From assembly GCA_964016885.1 (NCBI GenBank), contig OZ024742.1, positions 266,476,001-266,540,000 of the forward strand: a DNA stretch of 64,000 nucleotides. Direction: 5' to 3'. The notes under the pieces were generated by a model, which worked only from the letters and a program-made list of their open reading frames with translations, was not told where the DNA came from and did not search any database. The DNA comes from Eledone cirrhosa (Eukaryota). This document shows, piece by piece, positions 55,655-64,000 of this stretch; position 1 is the stretch's first letter; the number at the start of each line of letters is the position of its first letter. The translations under genes and the position numbers were made by a program.

Positions 55655-55659
<5 letters not shown>
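55241..55659 (+). mobile_element. Hammerhead tandem unit (317 bp, ~1.3 copies); retrozyme-like
   Basis: Hammerheads at 55242-55279 (degenerate) and 55553-55596 (intact); ~85-90% similar by eye to 27920-28330. Confidence 0.85.
55553..55596 (+). ncRNA. Minimal type I hammerhead ribozyme, canonical core
   Basis: accgtc-CTGACGA-aggc cagtcaa gcct-GAAA-tgca-TA-gacggt; predicted cleavage after 55590. Confidence 0.9.
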
Positions 55660-55701
<42 letters not shown>

Positions 55702-55926
55702 GGAGAGAGAGATAGTTCAACAACAAATTAGCAATCCATACTCGAGGACGCGCTTTTCCCCGAACGGATTTTCAACCCATGTATGGCTTTGGTGAGAACG
55801 GAAGTGAATATGAGCTGACTGAATTTGCGTGACAGACATTGATAGATTGGTGACAAGGGAGACAACTCAAATTTGACTGATGCGGCGGAGACAATTTTCG
55901 TTTGAGTTAGTTCATTCCAAGTATGA

Positions 55927-56325
55927 TTATCCCGTTTCTTTCCATTTACGCAATAGATACATGACAGCGTGCGGACAGCTATTAAAACAATTGGATATTG
56001 TGTTAAGGCAAGTGCTATTTAGTAACCTCTGCAGGATATTCAATATTTCATCAATACACAGCTTATAGGACATTGCTCCATTTCCGTATGATCTGGATTT
56101 GACCAAAATTTTCTATTGAATGGAGAAATTCATGCCTGTTTCTTTGAGTAACCATACGTAGTTTGCGAGCTTCGTGGAAGATCTCTTATCAGAGTGTATA
56201 AATGTCGTCTGATAATTAAGGAAGCGTTCTTTATACCTACCCTCCGACAAACCTACGTATGTTTTGACCTCCTGCTGTTGATGTGGTCGAGTTTTTAATT
56301 TAACTTCAGCTTCATAGACGACTGC
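55927..56325 (-). pseudogene. PLE GIY-YIG endonuclease fragment, absent from the ORF track
   Basis: Manual translation AVVYEAEV...KTYVGLSEGRYKERFLNYQTTF...STKLANYVWLLKE...FSIQ*KIL...KLCIDE...CLN; collinear with the 48378-48872 protein. Confidence 0.82.
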
Positions 56326-57455
56326 GAGTATGTTAATACTTTCGTCCTATCAAATAAAACAAACAACATTTATTAAGTTGACCAAAGTGGTAAGCAATGT
56401 AATGTCTACATGGTAGGAAGTTGAATTTATCAATACTAACTTCCAAACTAATTCCTAAAATGACGTCATTCTTACTTGATGGTACTTGTGCTACAAGATT
56501 GATTAAGCCATTAGAAATATATTCTTGTTGTTACTGTTATTTATTCCCATGTCAACTTTAATACGACAGATAAATGATAATAGACATTCTAGTTATGATC
56601 ACCAGGCCACATTTCAGACATAGTGTGCATAATATATCCTTTGGGAGATATGTTTGCTATACATAACACGTCAATCGACTCCGTGGTGACTGCCACGAAT
56701 CGTTGACTTGCTAGTTGTCCGTTATGTTACCAAGTCTGCCACCAGGAATATGGTGAAGTTGATTAAAACATCCATATCCTCGACTCATATGAACAAAACG
56801 AATGGCTTCCTGCCTAGCTACAGAAATCAATAACTTTTGGATGAAAAACGTTAAACACTTCTATATTAAAACAATGGAAGAGAAATGTGTAGGTGTCTGA
56901 TTGATCGATACACAGACACATATGGTTCTTAGCAAAAATTGCTGGACACTAAAATGAACAAAGCATGCGAGATCAAACGGGAATAAAGCTTTTAAGAAAA
57001 TTGGAAATCATTTGCTCTGAATCTGACAGATTTATTTTTTCCCCGAGATATTGAATTTTGGACTATTCACAACTACTAATGCATAAAATAACTTTCGAAT
57101 TTCCCAACTTTGAGTGCGAAGGAAGGGAGAGAGGGATGGAAAAGAGGAGGAATGAAGAGGAGGATGGAAGAGGAAGAGTGATTATATATGCAGATTAAAA
57201 TAGGATGTTTTCTAATGCAATTTAAAGGCATTGTAACCATTTTCAGTGATTGTTTGCTTTTGATTATACTTAGGAATTTAATGCAGGCAAATTGGATTTG
57301 TTGTTCCTGTCATGGAATTGGTTGCTGTAAAATTTAAAATGCAGATTTTCAGATTATTGAAATATTCAGAATTGTTGTAGTTAAGCATAAGGATTGTACA
57401 TAAAATTACACTAACAGATGAATGTTATTGAACCTCACTTTAACCTATGTTCCAG

Positions 57456-57605
57456 CAGATTATGATCCAGCCATGTTTATTACATATTTTAGTTTAGGTA
57501 CAGTCTATATAGGACTACTTCTCATTTTTAAGATATTGGATGCAGTTTATCTAACTTCATTTATTTTGTGTTGCAAGTGGTCAAGTATAGCGCAGTTTGT
57601 TACAG
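57456..57605 (+). CDS. Putative 150-nt internal exon encoding hydrophobic (transmembrane-like) sequence
   Basis: ttccAG acceptor, caG/GTattt donor, phase 1-1, open frame DYDPAMFITYFSLGTVYIGLLLIFKILDAVYLTSFILCCKWSSIAQFVT; phase fits the exon at 62170. Confidence 0.45.
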
Positions 57606-58799
57606 GTATTTACATGTGTTAGACTATCATTTTCTCCAGTGTGATATTTCTCCCTCCATCTGTTTAAGGAAATGGAGAATGTATATCTACGTAAGAATTA
57701 TATCTAACAGCTAACTAGTAGAATGCTTGAAATTTATGAAATATCTTCCGGATATTTTGAGCTCTGTTAGATATTTCCGGTCAGACGATAAACTAATTAT
57801 GTTTAAATGACAGGAATCCTTATCTTCAGTTTTCTTAGCTCTAGGCGGACAAATGATAAATATAACTCCGTTTATAGTAATAAAAATCTGATTCAAAATA
57901 AAGTAAAAAACGAACTCAACATAAACTCAAAATAAAGTCAATCAGAGAGGCAAAACAAAATTCTATAAAGTATTTAATATTGGCATTCTAGACTTTCTGC
58001 CAACTCAATTTTTACAATGACAGTAGTAATTTACATACAAGGCCAACAGTTTTCGCGGGAGAGAAAAGTCGATAAAATCTAGCCCAGAAGGAAGAAAAGT
58101 TGACTTCGGTGGAGCTTGAAATCAGAACGTGAAGGATCAAATGATTTCTTTTATTTTTCATAAAAGCAGAACGAGAAAATATTACAGGGCTAAATCCCAC
58201 CAAACTTAAAATTTACGAAAAATAAATTGTGGAAAAAATTATGGAAAAAATAGTATATAAAATGAATGATACGAGACATCTCAAAATAGGGACAACCACC
58301 TAGAACTAATCAGAGGAAATCAAAGAACCAGTCATCAAATTCTCTAGAATGCAGGGCCACTCTCTTTCCTGTTACTTTCTTCTCCAAGATGAATTTGAAT
58401 AAGTCGAGAGTTTGTCTCTCCTGGTATTCTGACTTGTCCTGGTTAATGGTTGCTCCTGCAATCCAATTTTTAAAACCTGTACCAACAACTAAGAATTGAT
58501 GGTTGACCCAATCGGAAGCTTTGCACTAATCCAAATATATCAGAGCCCCACTGAAGCAAGGTCTATTAACTGACCTTCTCAACGATGCAGAAAGAGCGGG
58601 TCACTAAAATACCGTAAGTTATATTTTATCTAGAAATCCACTGATTCTGCTAATTCACCGGATTCAACAAACACCGACATGACGAAAAATACAAACAAAA
58701 TAGCAACCAAATCAAGACAACAGTAACCATAATAATAATTTATGTCTAATTTATGTACAAAGTGCAGCAATTTGGCTGGGGATAATTTTTTTATATCAA

Positions 58800-58890
58800 T
58801 TGCAGTAATTATTTTGTACTTTCGACCCCGGAAAGATAAAAGGCGAAGTTAACCTGGTGGAATTTGAACACAAAATGTAAAGTACCGTTA
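58800..58890 (-). mobile_element. Decayed SINE fragment
   Basis: tcgaccccggaaagataaaaggcgaagttaacctggtggaatttgaac. Confidence 0.65.
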
Positions 58891-59004
58891 GTAGACAACA
58901 CAAGATAATGATTCTGTCAATCATTAATAATAGCAATCGATCAGTCAATGGTGGGGATATGACTGAGTGGATTAATTGTAGACAGGTACCCCCATTAGAG
59001 CACA

Positions 59005-59066
59005 TCATTATCATCACCACAACCACCACCATCATCATCAACATCAACATCATTACAACAATAATA

Positions 59067-59117
<51 letters not shown>

Positions 59118-59127
59118 GCTGCTATTG

Positions 59128-59180
<53 letters not shown>

Positions 59181-59258
59181 GCTCCTGCTCCTACTACTAC
59201 TGGTGGGTTGTAGTGATGGTTGTAGTGTGGGTTTTAGTGCCGAGTGTAGTGGTGGTTG

Positions 59259-59317
<59 letters not shown>

Positions 59318-60115
59318 ACTGTCAGGCATATAATCCCATAACATAACCAACATGACAGTGCAGTAATTAGTCTGCAGTGTGTTAAAGCTATTTAATAACA
59401 CCTGTCTGTCATTATATATTTTTACGTGTGTATGTGTGTGCGCGCGTGTGTGTCTGTGAACTTGTATGCATTTATGTATGCTGGTTTGTGTCTGATTCGG
59501 TGTGTCTGTGTATGCGCATGTATTTATGTGAATGTGTTTGTGTATATGTGTGAATAGAGTAAGAAAAAAAGTCTGTATGAAGTCATCACTTATGCCTACC
59601 AACACCATACGACGACCACAGCTACTACAACTCCAGCCGTTACCTGTACCACAACCGCAACAACCTCTACAAACACTACAATTCCCACCACCAGCACCAT
59701 TACAACTGCGACTACAACCATAACTACCATTAAAACCACCACAACAAACGCCACTACAACCGCCACTATAACCACCACTACAACAAAAGCTACTAGTCCC
59801 CACTGCAACCTTTACTACAACCAATAATACCACTATTGTAACAACTATCACTGCAAACACAACCACTTACCACTATAACCATCACTACAACCCACCATTA
59901 CAAGAGTTACAACAAAGACCACTATAACTCACACCACAACCACCCCTACAACCACTAAAAACTTCACCACTATAGCTACCACTACAACCATCATTGCAAC
60001 CTCCACTACAACCACCACCACAGTCAGTACAAACGCTACTACAACTTCCACTATAATCACTGCAAATACTACTATGCAAATATTTGGACCCAGCACCACC
60101 ACACTAACAACAACA
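59005..60115. repeat. (ACT)n and degenerate (ACN)n low-complexity region
   Basis: Read directly; the Thr-rich phase shifts frame several times. Confidence 0.85.
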
Positions 60116-61238
60116 GCTGTATTTGAGAAAGTCAAAGGAGGTGTGGCTAAAAGCAGTGAAGTCATGTTAGTAGTAGCGACGGTAATGAGACGGTTATAGT
60201 TCTATAAGTGAAAGATGAACAGTCGATCGAAGTCATTGCATATGTAGGGGTGTAAAACATTGACCTCCTCATATTTTCTATTTTCTTATCATATCACCAT
60301 CCTTTGCCCTACTCTGGCTAAGTATAACAAACTTCGCTTTGTGAGTTAGTATGCATACTCAATTAAATGCCTGTATCTATGTTGGCAGTGCATGCAGAGG
60401 TATGGTGATGCCCGTAGCCAACTCCATGATTGCATGCCCCTAAAATTCAAGTAGAGGGTCTGTGTGATCTGGGCAGAAACTGGTTACGGATTTTGGGTGG
60501 GCGCTTGAGAAATTTAAGCGGGCGCTGCGCTCTGTTACCGTATTGAATGGAGAACCCAACAGCTTCTGCCAATAAAGATGCCCGAAGCCATCGCACGCTC
60601 TTCCTCTTTTCTGTGCACTCCTGGCGTTGGTATGTATATATGTGTGTTGTTTGTATGCGCATAAACTTGTGTATTTTATTGCATATTAAACAGCTACAAT
60701 AAGGAGAGATAAAATAGATTTGGAACCATAACGTTTTTACTTCTCTTTCTCCATAATTTCCTCTCACAATTTTCCGCCCCCTTTCTTGATTGTCACGTGA
60801 GATCTGTGTTTCATGGATGGCGTCACCAGAGGGTTTGTCTAATTTTGGTTCATAAGCAAAGAAACAATGAAATATTTTGTGAAATGCCAAATTTGTGGTA
60901 GTTTTATAAAAATCTCACATTACAACTCTTTTCACAGAGTGGGTACTTTGTTTGGGATATTCTAAACACTAAATATATATTCTTTATTATGGCTGAGTGA
61001 TGTGTCTGCCGATCTTGTGAGTACACAGGTGAAACATCAGAGTAACAAGATTCATCACCATAATAAAGTATATTTAAACTCTACTTGAGTATTAAGTACT
61101 AATTTTAACATCCATCAATGTCACACATAAAACGCACTCATACATACATGTATATATATATATATATATAAGTTTATCCCGGGTTTAATCGGGGGGTAAA
61201 CACAGTAAGTAAGGTACCCAATACAAAGCAGAGTATAA

Positions 61239-61472
<234 letters not shown>

Positions 61473-62169
61473 CAGCAGTATGTAATAGATGAATGTTTCT
61501 GGAATCGCTCTGTGGAGTTTGTGATATTTACGTAGGATTTCACACCCCATCACCAACAAGCAAGATCAGCATTACTACCCACTACCATCACCACCACCCA
61601 CCATTAATAACCCTCAACCACCAACAAAACAAAACAAAACAGCTACTGTGACAATAACTTCCAAAACAAGATGTATGGCTATGATGAATCAGCAAAAAGC
61701 AGTTGATTGTACTTGCCCTAATTCTGCCATGTTTGAGCAGTAATTATGTTAAGATAATTAGAAATATTTTTGACCTGACATTGACATTGAGGTCAGTTCA
61801 AAGTTATTTGTGAACAGTGATTAATAAAAAATATATCGTTCGACAAATGGTTTTGTAAATACAGGCTTGTGCATAAGTCATTCATTAATCGTTAACACTC
61901 ATTTCTTCTCTTTACGTCACACATATTTTGGCAGAAACGCAGCAATGGTGTGTGTGAGGGGGATGCAAAACTCATGTGGCAAGGTATGAGGAGGTGCAAA
62001 TTTCCCACTCATCTACCATGATTGTTAATTAAAGTAGTGGCACCAAAAGTGTTTTTATTCCTGGGCACTAAGAGTTCTTGTGACCCCATTGTCTACAGGC
62101 ACCCACACTAATCTGTTTGCTCAGTCGACCCTCTGCAATTCTTTCACTGTTTATGTTTCTAACCTGCAG

Positions 62170-62276
62170 CCGTCAACTTAATGCTGTTCAAAAGGAATAT
62201 TAACCATGGAGGGCCAGTGAAGATACAGGAGCTGCCTCACACTCCAGACCAGACTATAAACGAAAAAGGAGTATAA
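62170..62276 (+). CDS. Putative terminal coding exon of a host gene, copy 2 (VNLMLFKRNINHGGPVKIQELPHTPDQTINEKGV*)
   Basis: ctaac + CAG acceptor ending 62169; stop at 62274-62276; paralogous to 5606-5712. Confidence 0.5.
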
Positions 62277-62350
62277 TGGATATAACAAGAATTTGCTATC
62301 TTCTCACCAACAACTGATAGTATATGGAGTTCAACATTAATGAATCCCAG

Positions 62351-62930
62351 CTTCTTCTTCTTCTTCCATCGGAGAGTGTCATGGGGCCAATCCTCAGACA
62401 CTCTTACAAAAGGGTCCTATCATAAGCAACCGTCTCCAAATGATCCGACTGGAACCCCAAGTTAGACCAGCCGTCTTTATAGATGTTATCTAACCATCTG
62501 GCTCGTGGTCTGCCTCTGGATCTCCTGCAAGCTGGCTTTGTCCGTAAAATCTGTCCTGTAATCTTTTTCTTAGACATTTTAATTCACTGTCCATAGTATC
62601 TGGAGCGACTACCTTATGGAGTAACGTTACTCCGGGGACCCTTCAAGGGAATTCCATTTTAGCCGCTTCTATTTGTGCTCTTATGTTTTCGGTCATTACC
62701 CAATATTCGTTACCAGAGGTAAGTGTAGACACGAATTGAAAGTTCGTAAGTCTTGCCTTTACACCTAGTTCCCTTCTGATGGCCTAATACTGAAGCTGGC
62801 GTATTATTTCACCAGCTCCAGCAATTCGTGCATTTAATTCAACCTCAAGCCTTCTACCACTCGTGAAACCAGCCCTGAGATGCTTGAACGTTTCAACTTG
62901 CTTCTTTTTCGGCAAAGTTGTTTTGCTAGA
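62351..62930 (-). mobile_element. Decayed RTE 3' fragment with (GAA)n tail
   Basis: QVETFKHL...FTSG...ELNARIA motif; 3' end matches 37670-37840; (CTT)5 at 62351. Confidence 0.8.
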
Positions 62931-63574
62931 GAACGGGTCACACACGGCGAATAATGATATGGTGGTCAGTTGCGATATATGTAGGCGCATGCATGATGAA
63001 TAAACAATCCCGTACCAAGCAGTGGTAAACTACTAGGGGATATGGAGCAATGGGTGACAGTGTTAGCTCTCAGGAATACTTTTACAACCAAGCGATTTAG
63101 TTACGATGAAGCAGATAAAGTCCAGACGCTGCAGGCCCGAGAAAATTATCAAATTGTTGACAAGTACGACAGACCACCAAAACAATAAGATATGATTAGA
63201 TGCAATAAAAGCATTGATACTGCGTCCCCATCTAATGCTGTAAAGATTGACGATGGACCTACGATATATCCTAGGACGCGTGTGATGAGCGAGCAAAAGT
63301 TGTGTTTTCGCCAAATATGGTCCAGAATAGAGCAAATGAAACAATTGGTAGTTGAAAACAATTCCCTTTATTTCCTTTACGCTGCTACGTGCACGTATGC
63401 GTTGGTTCCGACAATGGAACAGCCTGCTCGTGAAATTAACGTGGAAGTGACTGACCATTCCACATACATGCGTACCATTAATGTAATTCTCGGGAAGATT
63501 CACTGTGACATGGTATGTAACAAATCTGGCTCATTGAATTACAAATACATCTTTTTGCAAGCTGGGTGAACTTG

Positions 63575-63663
63575 CTGAAAGTCGCAATATGTCGCGAGGA
63601 GTCGAACATACAACCTTTCAATGGTGAATCGACCATCCTAACCACTAAGCCATGCGCCTTCAC
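63575..63663 (-). mobile_element. SINE head fragment
   Basis: ctaaccactaagccatgcgccttcaca identical to 39230-39256. Confidence 0.7.
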
Positions 63664-64000
63664 ATGCGCCACTAACATCACTTCACATTTCTTTACGTGT
63701 TTGAGAAAATTAAAAATATGATTTATCATTTCATATTAGGGCCTTTCTGGCTAACCAAATTTATACCAATGTTTTATGATCTTAAGTAGTAGATCCTCGA
63801 TCGGTTTCGACGATGAGAATTCAGGTGTCTAAAAGAGAATGTTTTACTCATTAAAGTAATGTATAATGGTTGGTTGAGTATTCCATAGACACGTGTATCC
63901 TTGACATAATTCTGAGGCAGGTCGGACATTTGAATTACAGTTACAGTTCATCCAACGCGCTTTTACACTGTCTCAATTGTACCTACTTTCAGGCTCTAAT

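Noticed and set aside
59588-60115. Mucin-like Thr-rich exon
   Set aside because: The ACN phase shifts frame repeatedly and hits stops; no clear splice sites
63063-63569. Overlapping 125-146 aa ORFs on both strands
   Set aside because: No identifiable domain or consistent splice signals

Overview
Eukaryotic, AT-rich, microsatellite-dense DNA. The SINE families, (TA)n/(CA)n load and LINE repertoire suggest a cephalopod mollusc (Octopus-like); this is inference. Bases 1-27 kb are a nest of non-LTR retrotransposons: an RTE LINE with three C-terminal C2H2 fingers plus a short bipartite derivative, three Tx1/L1-type pieces, a nearly intact R4/Dong-type RLE element, several decayed copies of a second R4 family, and SINEs. 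Many of these junctions fall in (AAT)n tracts. Bases 27-62 kb are dominated by Penelope-like element (PLE) material. This includes a ~9.65-kb palindromic PLE with ~4-kb inverted arms, each carrying a hammerhead ribozyme with a ~116-nt stem II, a smaller inverted-pLTR PLE, and two more GIY-YIG fragments. There is also a ~320-bp tandem hammerhead unit carrying an octamer motif at two loci, several small hammerhead fold-back elements, a non-autonomous Helitron and a tandem tRNA-like unit. Two near-identical copies of a putative host terminal exon lie 56.6 kb apart, and a phase-compatible hydrophobic exon precedes the second. Most of the supplied ORFs are translations of microsatellites or antisense shadows of retroelement ORFs.
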